Of a stretch of 64,000 nt of DNA, positions 54,249 through 62,527 are shown piece by piece. Where the stretch lies: positions 3,091 through 67,090 of the forward strand of contig PMOA01000050.1 in NCBI GenBank assembly GCA_003161635.1. The letters run 5' to 3'. The number at the start of each line of letters is the position of its first letter. Within the stretch, counting starts at the first letter, position 1. The translations under genes were made by a program, and so were the position numbers. This DNA is from Limisphaerales bacterium (GTDB taxonomy: Bacteria > Verrucomicrobiota > Verrucomicrobiia > Limisphaerales > UBA11358). The notes under the pieces are model-generated. The model was not told the DNA's origin. It saw nothing but the letters and a program-made list of their open reading frames with translations, and did no database searches.

Positions 54249-55931
54249 GTGGATATCGCCAAAGAAATTCAGAAGCGGCGCACGTTCGCCATCATCTCGC
54301 ATCCGGACGCAGGCAAGACCACGTTGACGGAAAAGCTGCTGCTTTACGGCGGCGCGGTGCAGCTCGCCGGCTCGGTCACCGCGCGCAAAAACCAGCGCGC
54401 CACCACGTCCGATTGGATGGAGCTGGAAAAAAAGCGCGGTATTTCAATCAGCTCGACCGTGTTGCAGTTCGATTACAACGGCTACCGCCTCAACCTGCTC
54501 GACACGCCGGGCCACAAGGATTTTTCCGAGGACACCTATCGCGTGCTCACCGCCGTGGATTCGGTGGTGATGGTGATTGATTCGGCCAAGGGCATCGAGC
54601 CGCAGACGCGCAAGCTCTTCGAGGTCTGCCGCCAGCGCGGCGTGCCGATCTTCACGTTCATGAACAAGTGCGACCGGCCCATGAAAGACCCGCTCGCGCT
54701 GCTCGATGAACTGGAGCACGTGCTCGGCATCGGCGCGTTCCCGGTGAACTGGCCCATCGGCAACGGGTTCGACTTCCAGGGCGTCTATGACCGGCAGACG
54801 AAGCTGATGCATTTGTTCGAGCGCACCGTGGGCGGCCAATACCGCGCGCCAGTGCAGGTCGGTGGACTGGACGATCCCGCCATTCGCGGTCAACTCGACG
54901 ACGCGACGTTTCACAAAACGGTTGAAGAACTCGAAATGCTCGAACACGCCGGGCACGACTGGGATGACGCCGCCGTGCTCGCGGACAAAACCACGCCGGT
55001 GTTCTTCGGCAGCGCCAGCAACAACTTCGGCGTGCAGCTTCTGCTCGACGGTTTCCTCAAACACGCGCCCGGTCCGAAGGGGAGGCATTCCGCCACACCC
55101 GTAGGACAGGCTTTCAGCCTGTCTCAAACTGAAAAAGAAAATAATCATGAAGATGGAGACAGGCGCGACGCCCGTCCTACGTTCATCGCACCGGAGCACC
55201 CTGCTTTCTCCGGGTTCATCTTCAAAATCCAGGCGAACATGGACCCGAAACACCGCGACCGCATCGCGTTCGTCCGCGTTTGCTCCGGCAAATTCGAGCG
55301 CGGCATGACGGTGCATCACTCGCGTTCCGGGAAAAAGGTGCGCCTCTCCAGCTCGCACAAACTGTTCGGCAACGAACGCGAGACGGTGGACGAGGCGTAT
55401 CCCGGCGACGTCATCGGTCTCGTCGGCCACGACAGCTTCGGCATCGGCGACACGCTCACGGCCGAGCCGGGCATCGCCTACAAGGAAATCCCACGCTTCA
55501 CGCCGGAAGCCTTCAGCTATCTGCACAATCCGAACACGGCCAAGTTCAAGCAATTCCGCCAAGGCCTGGAGCAACTGTTGCAGGAGGGCGTTATCCAGGC
55601 GCTCTACCTGCGTAATTCCACCGTCAAGGTGCCGTTGCTCGCGGCGGTCGGCCCGTTGCAATTCGAGGTCGTGCAATTCCGTCTCGAAAACGAATACGGC
55701 GCGGTGTCGCGCCTCGAATCCACGCCCTGGACGGTCGTGCGCTGGCTGCCAGCGGACATGAAAGAAGACGAACTCGACGCCCTGTCGCTGCCGACCGGCT
55801 CACGGGTCGCCTACGACGTGGGCAAAAATTCCGTGGTGTTGTTCCCCAACGAATGGTCGGCGGATTATTTCACCAAAACCAACGAGCGGGTTCCGCTTTC
55901 GGCTCTGCCCGTCCAGACGGCACGGGAATAA
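54249..55931 (+). CDS. prfC: peptide chain release factor 3
   Basis: GTG start. RRTFAIISHPDAGKTTLTEKLL, LLDTPGHKDF, NKCDR and FKIQANMDPKHRDRIAF. Contains an in-frame palindromic insert (see findings). Confidence 0.95.
   Translation: MDIAKEIQKRRTFAIISHPDAGKTTLTEKLLLYGGAVQLAGSVTARKNQRATTSDWMELEKKRGISISSTVLQFDYNGYRLNLLDTPGHKDFSEDTYRVLTAVDSVVMVIDSAKGIEPQTRKLFEVCRQRGVPIFTFMNKCDRPMKDPLALLDELEHVLGIGAFPVNWPIGNGFDFQGVYDRQTKLMHLFERTVGGQYRAPVQVGGLDDPAIRGQLDDATFHKTVEELEMLEHAGHDWDDAAVLADKTTPVFFGSASNNFGVQLLLDGFLKHAPGPKGRHSATPVGQAFSLSQTEKENNHEDGDRRDARPTFIAPEHPAFSGFIFKIQANMDPKHRDRIAFVRVCSGKFERGMTVHHSRSGKKVRLSSSHKLFGNERETVDEAYPGDVIGLVGHDSFGIGDTLTAEPGIAYKEIPRFTPEAFSYLHNPNTAKFKQFRQGLEQLLQEGVIQALYLRNSTVKVPLLAAVGPLQFEVVQFRLENEYGAVSRLESTPWTVVRWLPADMKEDELDALSLPTGSRVAYDVGKNSVVLFPNEWSADYFTKTNERVPLSALPVQTARE
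55101..55181. repeat. REP-like palindromic element (GTAG...CTAC) in frame inside prfC
   Basis: GTAGGACAGGCTTTCAGCCTGTCTC ...30 nt... GAGACAGGCGCGACGCCCGTCCTAC. It is exactly 27 codons (VGQAFSLSQTEKENNHEDGDRRDARPT). Confidence 0.85.
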
Positions 55932-55956
55932 GCCATCGGTTCAGGCAGTGAAAGCA

Positions 55957-56028
55957 GGGACAGCGCGTCCACCCTCCGCAGTACTGCTACGGAGGACGGG
56001 CTGCGCTGTCCGGATCCCGCAATGCGGG
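55957..56028 (+). terminator. hairpin cluster downstream of prfC (repeat-derived, possible terminator)
   Basis: GGGACAGCGC...CCCTCCG...CGGAGG...GCGCTGTCC is a long imperfect hairpin, followed by CCCGC-AAT-GCGGG. There is no clear T-run. Confidence 0.4.
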
Positions 56029-56144
56029 ACGGCGTCCCTACCAACGGAAATGATACATTATCAGGTTCGGGCTTGTGTTCCGGGGTTGGGGATTGGAAGA
56101 TTCATCTCCAAACCAGTCTGTAGAAACAACAACAGTTTTTAACT

Positions 56145-56597
56145 ATGGAACCGAAAGCACTTGCGGGCCTGATCCAGACCATCATCGCGGCGGTTGAGAA
56201 ACGAGTCCCGGAATATCTGGCGGTCGAGGCGGACCGGAAACTCAATGACGGCAACAGCGCTCTTTGCATCGTGGATGAAGCCGGGGGAGTATACGGAAAA
56301 ATGTTCGGCACCGACAAAGTCCGGCAGCGACAATGCTTCCGCATCGCCTGGATCAAGGCGAGCCAGGTCTGGATCACCGGTTATAAGACGGGCGAGTATG
56401 AAACACTGGTGTTTGCGGGCAAAGTTGACGAGAAACGGTACGGCATCATCCGACCGGACTTCATCGGTTGGGAAGGCGGCCAACCAATTGCCGTAGACGG
56501 TCAAACAAAGTTGTCCGTCGGTTTCAGTGGTTTTCGCGGCACCAGCGACCTGGAGATAGTCCAAAAGGCCGTTGCCGACGTGACGGGCCGGAAGTGA
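56145..56597 (+). CDS. GlcG/HbpS-like (DUF336) protein
   Basis: GGQPIAVDGQTKLSVGFSGFRGTSDLEIVQKAV resembles the GG.PI...G..IGAIGVSG...D motif of DUF336. Confidence 0.65.
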   Translation: MEPKALAGLIQTIIAAVEKRVPEYLAVEADRKLNDGNSALCIVDEAGGVYGKMFGTDKVRQRQCFRIAWIKASQVWITGYKTGEYETLVFAGKVDEKRYGIIRPDFIGWEGGQPIAVDGQTKLSVGFSGFRGTSDLEIVQKAVADVTGRK

Positions 56598-56744
56598 AGT
56601 CCGGTTTCTCCGACCCATCTTTCCCGGCTTGTTACCGTCTGATTCCCTGCTATCGTCCACGCTCCTGTGACGACGATTTTGCATTTTTCCGCCTGTGCTA
56701 TGCTTCGGTGCGACAGGCGGCGCTTTTTTTGGGCTTGATCTAAA

Positions 56745-58670
56745 ATGTCCACCATCCTGACTGCCACTGAACTGACCGTGCGCTACGGCGAGCACGCGGT
56801 GCTCGACCGCGCGACGCTCGCCATTGATGAGGGCGACCGCATCGGACTGGTCGGGCGCAACGGCTGCGGCAAGACGACGTTCGTCCGCATTCTGGCCGGG
56901 CTGCAATCGCCGGACAGCGGCAACGTCACGCGGCGGCGCGAGCTCGTTGTCAGCTACCTGCCGCAGGACTTCATGCTCGACGAGGCGAAGAACGTTCTTG
57001 AAAACATCCGTGACGGTGCGAAGCCGGTGCTCGATTTGATTGCGGAATTTGAATCGCTGCCCGCCGAATCGAAGCGGCATGAGCACTTGGAACATCGCAT
57101 CGCCGCGCTGGAAGGCTGGACGCTGGACCGGCGCATCGAGACCGCGATGTCGCACCTGAATTGTCCCTTCGGCGACCGGCGCATTGACACACTTTCCGGC
57201 GGCGAGAAACGGCGCGTGGCGATGTGCCGCGCCCTGGTTTCGCAGCCTGACCTCCTGATCCTCGACGAGCCGACGAACCATCTAGACCCGGAATCCATCG
57301 AGTGGGTCGCGGAATTTCTCGACGAGTTCCATGGCTCGTTCCTCGTCGTCACGCATGACCGCTACTTTCTCGACCGCGTGGCGAAGCGCATGGTCGAGTT
57401 GTCCGATGGCCGGTTTTTCTGGCACGACGGCAACTATACCGATTACCTGCTGGACAAAGCCGAACGTCAGGCCGCGGACGCGACCGTCGAGCACAAGCGC
57501 CAGATGTTTCTGAAAAAGGAACTGGCCTGGGTGCGACAAGGCCCGCGGGCGCAGCGCAGCAAACAGAAGGACCGTTTCGAGCGTTACTACGATACGGCCG
57601 CGCAGGACGGGCCGGTGATTGAAGAGGAAGTCGAGCTTTGCATCCCGCCGCCGCCGCAACTGGGCAACCGCGTTGTCGAGTTGAGCAATCTCGGCATGGA
57701 CCTCGGCGGGCGCACGTTGTTTCGCGGATTCAATTTCACGTTCGAGAACGGCCAGCGCATCGGCGTCGCCGGGCGGAACGGTCTGGGCAAGACCACGTTG
57801 CTCAAAATCATCATCGGCCAGCTTGCGCCCACGGAGGGGACGGTGAAGACCGGCCAGCTCACGAAGTTCAATTACGTGGACCAGGGCCGGATTCAATTGC
57901 GAGAGGAACGCACGGCGCTGGAGGAGGTCAGCGACGGCACGGAATTTGTCATCTTCGGCGACGGCAAAATTTCGCTGCGCTCCTATCTCAAGCGGTTTTT
58001 GTTCGCCGACGATCGCATCACGACGCAGGTGAAATATCTGAGCGGCGGCGAGCGCAGCCGGCTGTTGCTCGCGCGCATCCTGAAAAACGGCGGCAACTTT
58101 CTGATTCTCGACGAACCGACGAACGATCTCGACCTGCCGACGTTGCGCGTGCTGGAGGAGGCGTTGATCGCGTTCCCCGGTGTCGTGCTCGTGGTGAGCC
58201 ACGACCGCTATTTTCTCAACCGCGTTTGCACCGACGTGCTGGCGTTCGAAGGCGACGGCAAAATCCATCACAGCGTTGGCGACTACGATTATTACCTGGA
58301 AAAGAAACAACGTGCGCTCGTAGCCGCGTCTCGTGAGAGCGCGGCCATTCTCGCAACCAACAAGTCTTCCGCACTCTCACGAGCTGCGGCTACGAAGGCG
58401 ACGAAGACAGCGAAACCGGCCAAACCCCGCAAACTTTCGTTCAAAGAAGCGCGCGAGCTGGAAGGCATGGAGGCGCAAATCCACGGCGTGGATGCGGAAA
58501 TCGTCCGCATCGAAGGCTTGTTCGCCTCGCCGGATTTTCACCGCACGCACGCCACCCAAACCAATCAGCTCACCGCCGACCTCGCCGCCGCGAAGGAAAA
58601 CCTCGCGAAACTCTACGCGCGCTGGGAGGAGTTGGAGGCGATCAAGGCCGCAGCGAAACGGCTCGGCTAA
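56745..58670 (+). CDS. ABC-F family ATPase (Uup-like, C-terminal coiled coil)
   Basis: Two ABC cassettes (GRNGCGKTT / LSGGEKRR / LILDEPTNHLD and GRNGLGKTT / LSGGERSR / LILDEPTNDLD), no TM domain, and a C-terminal helical tail. Confidence 0.95.
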   Translation: MSTILTATELTVRYGEHAVLDRATLAIDEGDRIGLVGRNGCGKTTFVRILAGLQSPDSGNVTRRRELVVSYLPQDFMLDEAKNVLENIRDGAKPVLDLIAEFESLPAESKRHEHLEHRIAALEGWTLDRRIETAMSHLNCPFGDRRIDTLSGGEKRRVAMCRALVSQPDLLILDEPTNHLDPESIEWVAEFLDEFHGSFLVVTHDRYFLDRVAKRMVELSDGRFFWHDGNYTDYLLDKAERQAADATVEHKRQMFLKKELAWVRQGPRAQRSKQKDRFERYYDTAAQDGPVIEEEVELCIPPPPQLGNRVVELSNLGMDLGGRTLFRGFNFTFENGQRIGVAGRNGLGKTTLLKIIIGQLAPTEGTVKTGQLTKFNYVDQGRIQLREERTALEEVSDGTEFVIFGDGKISLRSYLKRFLFADDRITTQVKYLSGGERSRLLLARILKNGGNFLILDEPTNDLDLPTLRVLEEALIAFPGVVLVVSHDRYFLNRVCTDVLAFEGDGKIHHSVGDYDYYLEKKQRALVAASRESAAILATNKSSALSRAAATKATKTAKPAKPRKLSFKEARELEGMEAQIHGVDAEIVRIEGLFASPDFHRTHATQTNQLTADLAAAKENLAKLYARWEELEAIKAAAKRLG

Positions 58671-58724
58671 AGCACATACGCTCCTGCCGTGCGCCGGCCT
58701 GCCCCTTAACCTTGTTTAATCCTC

Positions 58725-58920
58725 TAGGGCGTATTTTCAAAATGAGAAATTTTGGACTGCGGCGGCAAGCGGAGCGCGACGCCGCTTTGGAAAACGATCG
58801 CACCCTGATTCACCCGGCGAAAGCGCTGTCGTCGCTGTGCTTTGCCAGCGCAGTCCAAATGCTGTCGCCCTTGCCGCGCAACCTTTTCCGGCGGCAAGCT
58901 GATTTTGAAAACACGCCCTA
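58725..58920. mobile_element. MITE-like element with 19-bp terminal inverted repeats
   Basis: TAGGGCGTATTTTCAAAAT ... ATTTTGAAAACACGCCCTA (18/19 complementary). A second internal IR is TTGGACTGCG / CGCAGTCCAAA. No ORF. Confidence 0.7.
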
Positions 58921-58977
58921 ATTACCGTCCTCCCCCTTGCGGCTTGATTCTTTCCAAAGTAATGCTAGGCTTACCGC

Positions 58978-59301
58978 ATGATTGCCAACGTATCAGTCAA
59001 AGGACAGATGGTCATTCCCGAAGCCATCCGCGAACAGGCGCGGATCAAAACCGGCGACCAGCTGGATGTCGGTTACACCAACGGGCTGATTGTCCTGCGG
59101 AAACGCCGGGCATTGACCCCGGCCCGGGTGCGGTCGCTGCTGCTGGCCGGACGCGAGCTTCCCGAAATGACCCCGGCGGATGAAACTGCCGTCGCCCGCG
59201 CCGTGCAACAGGTGAGAAACCGCATAAAAGGCCTAGAGCCTCACGTGGCAAGCCACGTAAAAGACCTTCAGTCTCACGCGGCAAGCCGCCGCAAACAGTG
59301 A
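58978..59301 (+). CDS. AbrB/MazE/SpoVT-type antitoxin
   Basis: VSVKGQMVIPEAIREQARIKTGDQLDV swapped-hairpin motif. Its 3' end overlaps the toxin start by 4 nt. Confidence 0.8.
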   Translation: MIANVSVKGQMVIPEAIREQARIKTGDQLDVGYTNGLIVLRKRRALTPARVRSLLLAGRELPEMTPADETAVARAVQQVRNRIKGLEPHVASHVKDLQSHAASRRKQ

Positions 59302-59705
59302 AAGTGGTTTTCGACACTAACGTGGTGGCCAGCGCGAGTTTCTGGCGCGGCGCGCCTTTTGACTGTCTGGCGGCATGGGCACAAGGCCGCTGCGAAGCCG
59401 TGGTCAGCCCCGCGATGCTGGCCGAGTATCACGAAACCATCGAGGAACTTCGGCTGGAATATCCCCGGCGCGAGCCGGTCGAATGGGTTGACGCCCTGAC
59501 CGAATCGGCGGAATTGATTTTCCCCACGGAACGCGCCACGGGGGCGACGCCGGATCCCGGTGATGAAATGGTTCTGGAATGTGCCTTAGCGGCGGAAGCG
59601 GATCACATCGTAAGCGGCGACAAAAAACATCTGCTGTCGCTCCGGGAATTTCACGGCATCCGAATCGTCTCCTCGTCGGATTTTCTGCGTCGTCTGGCGA
59701 TCTGA
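59298..59705 (+). CDS. PIN-domain toxin (TIGR00305-like)
   Basis: KVVFDTNVV (first acidic residue), DEMVLECA, and IVSGDKKHLL. Confidence 0.9.
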   Translation: MKVVFDTNVVASASFWRGAPFDCLAAWAQGRCEAVVSPAMLAEYHETIEELRLEYPRREPVEWVDALTESAELIFPTERATGATPDPGDEMVLECALAAEADHIVSGDKKHLLSLREFHGIRIVSSSDFLRRLAI

Positions 59706-59719
59706 AACAATCAATGAAA

Positions 59720-59836
59720 GCAACGCAAACCAGCCAGCTCAATGCCGACCTCGCCGCCGCAAAGGAAAACCTCGCAAAACTCTGCGCGCGCTGGGAAGAG
59801 TTAGAAGCGATCAAGGCCGCGGCGGAGAAGCAGTAG
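59720..59836 (+). pseudogene. displaced duplicate of the ABC-F gene 3' end
   Basis: Encodes ATQTSQLNADLAAAKENLAKLCARWEELEAIKAAAEKQ*, against ATQTNQLTADLAAAKENLAKLYARWEELEAIKAAAKRLG* at 58551-58670. I counted about 11 mismatches in the first ~100 nt. Confidence 0.8.
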
Positions 59837-59944
59837 GGTGAAGGATTACACGCTTCAGCCTGTCTTTGTAAGTGGCTTTCGTTAAATTTGTAACGACATA
59901 TTGTTCCTCGGTCTGGAATGGTTGGGAGCAGCATTGCCCGGAAA

Positions 59945-60006
59945 GTGTGAATATTTCGCACTTTTATGTTGACGCCTTGGTTTTAATGTGCGACAAAGTC
60001 ACACAT
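59945..60006. promoter_or_regulatory. two related dyads upstream of / overlapping the BlaI-family gene start (candidate operators)
   Basis: GTGTGAA-TAT-TTCGCAC (59945-59961) and ATGTGCGAC-AAA-GTCACACAT (59986-60006, which includes ATG 60005). The shared pattern is GTGYGA-N-TCRCAC. Confidence 0.35.
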
Positions 60007-60388
60007 GCGAGCGACATCTTTGAATCAGAACGAGCTGGAGGCTTTGAGAATCCTTTGGGAGGGGGGCGAACTGAAGCCCGCCCATATTCAGAGCCGTTTT
60101 TCCTGGCCCATTGAAAACGCAACCTTGCGCTCAGTTCTCGTCAACTTGGTGGAAAAAGGGCACATCATCCGGAAGCTTCATGGCAAAGCATTTTTCTACG
60201 GCGCGTGCGCCAAAAAAACGACCCTGCTCCAAAACATGCTCCAGACGATGGCGCGGGTTTTTGCCGGAGGTTCGAGCCGGGAACTGGTCGCCCAGTTGGT
60301 GGAGACCGGGGACATCAAACCCGAGGACTTGGAACTGATCCGCCGCACCACGGCTGAAACCATCTCACGAAAAACAAAAAGGAAATAG
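60005..60388 (+). CDS. BlaI/MecI/CopY family transcriptional repressor
   Basis: LNQNELEALRILWEGGELKPAHIQSRF...TLRSVLVNLVEKGHIIRKLHGKAFFY winged-helix pattern. Confidence 0.9.
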   Translation: MRATSLNQNELEALRILWEGGELKPAHIQSRFSWPIENATLRSVLVNLVEKGHIIRKLHGKAFFYGACAKKTTLLQNMLQTMARVFAGGSSRELVAQLVETGDIKPEDLELIRRTTAETISRKTKRK

Positions 60389-60390
60389 CT

Positions 60391-62469
60391 ATGAAAACAC
60401 TGCTCGATCTCTCTCAGTCGCCGGTTTTTGTGATCCTCTGGAAGTGGACCGTCCTGCTCGTGCTTGGATGGACGGCTCATGGGCTGCTTCGCTCCCGGGA
60501 TGCCCGGTGGCGGCTGATCCTCTGGCGCGGTGTTTTCTGTTTTGGGCTGGCCCTGCCACTCATACAGTTTCTCCCGCTGCCGGTGTTTCAGATCCCGGTT
60601 CATGACTTTGCCGAGATCGTCCCGGCAACACCAAGTGTGGCTGCGCCGAGCCTGGCGGAGGCTACTATTCCGCCTGGGACGGCGCGGTCGGTTGCGCCTG
60701 TGGTGGTAGAGGCGGCGAAGGACGGCGCGGCGGTCAATGGGGTTCATCGTCCAGCGGGCAGCTTTTTTTCGACGATTTCATTGAATGGCTTGCTGATCAC
60801 CATCTGGGCCACTGGTGCCCTTTGGGGAGCGCTTCGCCTGGTGCGCTTTATGATCCAACTCTCCACTTTGAAGAGATCTGCGATCCCGGCTGCTCCAGCC
60901 ATCCAAGTGCTGGCCGGGGAGATTTTGCAGCGATTGCGGATCAAGCGTTTCGTTCGAGTGCTGGTTTCGGATTCGGCTGTTTCGCCGTTTGTTTCCGGAG
61001 TCATTCAGCCTGCCATCATGCTGCCTGGAAAACTGGCGCAAAGCCTGTCTTCCGAGGAAATGGCGGCGCTGTTGGGACATGAAATTGCGCATCTGCGCCG
61101 GCACGATTTGCTCTGGTGTGCCGGTTGGCGGTGGATGAAGGCGCTTTTTTGGTTCCACCCCCTGGTTTGGAAAGTTCCCGAGGTCCACAGTTTGGCGTGC
61201 GAGGAGGAAGCCGACAGTGTGGCTTCCTCTCAAACGGAAAATCGCGCTTCCTATGCGCACCTGTTGGCCCAGATCACTCTTCGCGTGCTGGCCGTTCCAG
61301 AAATGGAAACCCAACTCGCCGTCAACGGAACGGCACAGATCACCCATCGGTTGCGCCGCTTGGGAAAGGAACTGGGAATCTGGAAACCAACGCATTCCTT
61401 GGCCGCGTTTGGGCTGGTATTGGCGATGGCCTTGATTTCAGCGGGGTGCAACGTGACCGGAGAGAAAGATACCCAGGAAGTGAAGCAATTGAAGGCACAG
61501 GTGGCGGCTTTGGAGAAGAGGATAAGTGAAATGCAGAATTCATTGCAACCGGTGGAAAGACAGCGTGCCTTTCGTGAGAAATTCGAGCGACGCAGCGAAC
61601 TGGACCAAAAGAAATATACCCAGGAGCAATTGATGGAAGCGGAGAAGCTGTATATGGTTGCCAACCAGAAATGGGGCTCCCCTGAAGTGGTCGAGAGTCT
61701 TCAGACAATGATCAAAAAGTATCCCGACATTAACCGCACAGGTTGCGCAACGCTGTATCTTGCCCAGCTATCCCAAGGCGATGAGAGCGCCAAGTATCTC
61801 CAGGACTGTATTGAGAAATACAACGATTGCTATTATGGCGACGGCGTCCAAGTCGGAGCCTACGCGCGGTTTCTGCTGGCCGAGAATTACCGGAGCAAGG
61901 GCGAAAAGGAAAAGGCGGAGGCGTTGTGCAAGGAAATCAAGGATAACTATTCAGATTCGATAGACCACCGCGGTCAACTCTTAATCAATCTCATACCGAC
62001 AAAATCTCAAGCGGAGCAGCAGGCAAGGCAACGTGCCTATCGCGAGAAATTTGACCGCCGCCGCGAATTGGACCTAAAGAAGTACACCCAGGAGCAATTG
62101 ACGGAAGCAGAGAACATGTACACGGCGGCGGAGAGCAAGTTGAGATCACCGGAGTCCATTGAGAGCGTAAATCAAATGTTACAGAAATTCCCCGATGCAA
62201 ACCGAACCGGGTGCATCCTCCTCGAGTTAGCGCAAACCACAACTGGACCGGAAATCGAGAAATATTTCAAAGACTGTATTGAGAAATACAACGATTGTTA
62301 TTATGGCGACGGAGTCCAGGTTGGACCCTTTGCACGGTTTTGGTTGGCGGATTACTACAGCAAAACCAAGGAGATTGAGAAAGTGGCGGCGTTGTACAAG
62401 GAAATCAAGGACAACTATTCAGATGCGATAGACCACAACGGTCAACTCTTAATCACTCTCATAAAATAG
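60391..62469 (+). CDS. BlaR1-type M56 peptidase signal transducer with duplicated C-terminal helical module
   Basis: N-terminal TM helices, HEIAHLRRHD (HExxH), a further TM helix, a coiled coil, then two ~150-aa repeats. Confidence 0.9.
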   Translation: MKTLLDLSQSPVFVILWKWTVLLVLGWTAHGLLRSRDARWRLILWRGVFCFGLALPLIQFLPLPVFQIPVHDFAEIVPATPSVAAPSLAEATIPPGTARSVAPVVVEAAKDGAAVNGVHRPAGSFFSTISLNGLLITIWATGALWGALRLVRFMIQLSTLKRSAIPAAPAIQVLAGEILQRLRIKRFVRVLVSDSAVSPFVSGVIQPAIMLPGKLAQSLSSEEMAALLGHEIAHLRRHDLLWCAGWRWMKALFWFHPLVWKVPEVHSLACEEEADSVASSQTENRASYAHLLAQITLRVLAVPEMETQLAVNGTAQITHRLRRLGKELGIWKPTHSLAAFGLVLAMALISAGCNVTGEKDTQEVKQLKAQVAALEKRISEMQNSLQPVERQRAFREKFERRSELDQKKYTQEQLMEAEKLYMVANQKWGSPEVVESLQTMIKKYPDINRTGCATLYLAQLSQGDESAKYLQDCIEKYNDCYYGDGVQVGAYARFLLAENYRSKGEKEKAEALCKEIKDNYSDSIDHRGQLLINLIPTKSQAEQQARQRAYREKFDRRRELDLKKYTQEQLTEAENMYTAAESKLRSPESIESVNQMLQKFPDANRTGCILLELAQTTTGPEIEKYFKDCIEKYNDCYYGDGVQVGPFARFWLADYYSKTKEIEKVAALYKEIKDNYSDAIDHNGQLLITLIK

Positions 62470-62527
62470 ATTGTAATCGCGCATCTGCCTTTTCAATACC
62501 GCTCTGCCTCCGTAGAGTGGGTGGCCT

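Noticed and set aside
54444-58310. Minus-strand ORFs 54444..55676, 56139..57281 and 57282..58310
   Set aside because: They are antisense to prfC, the GlcG-like gene and the ABC-F gene. No motifs are present, and the composition is typical of GC-rich shadows.
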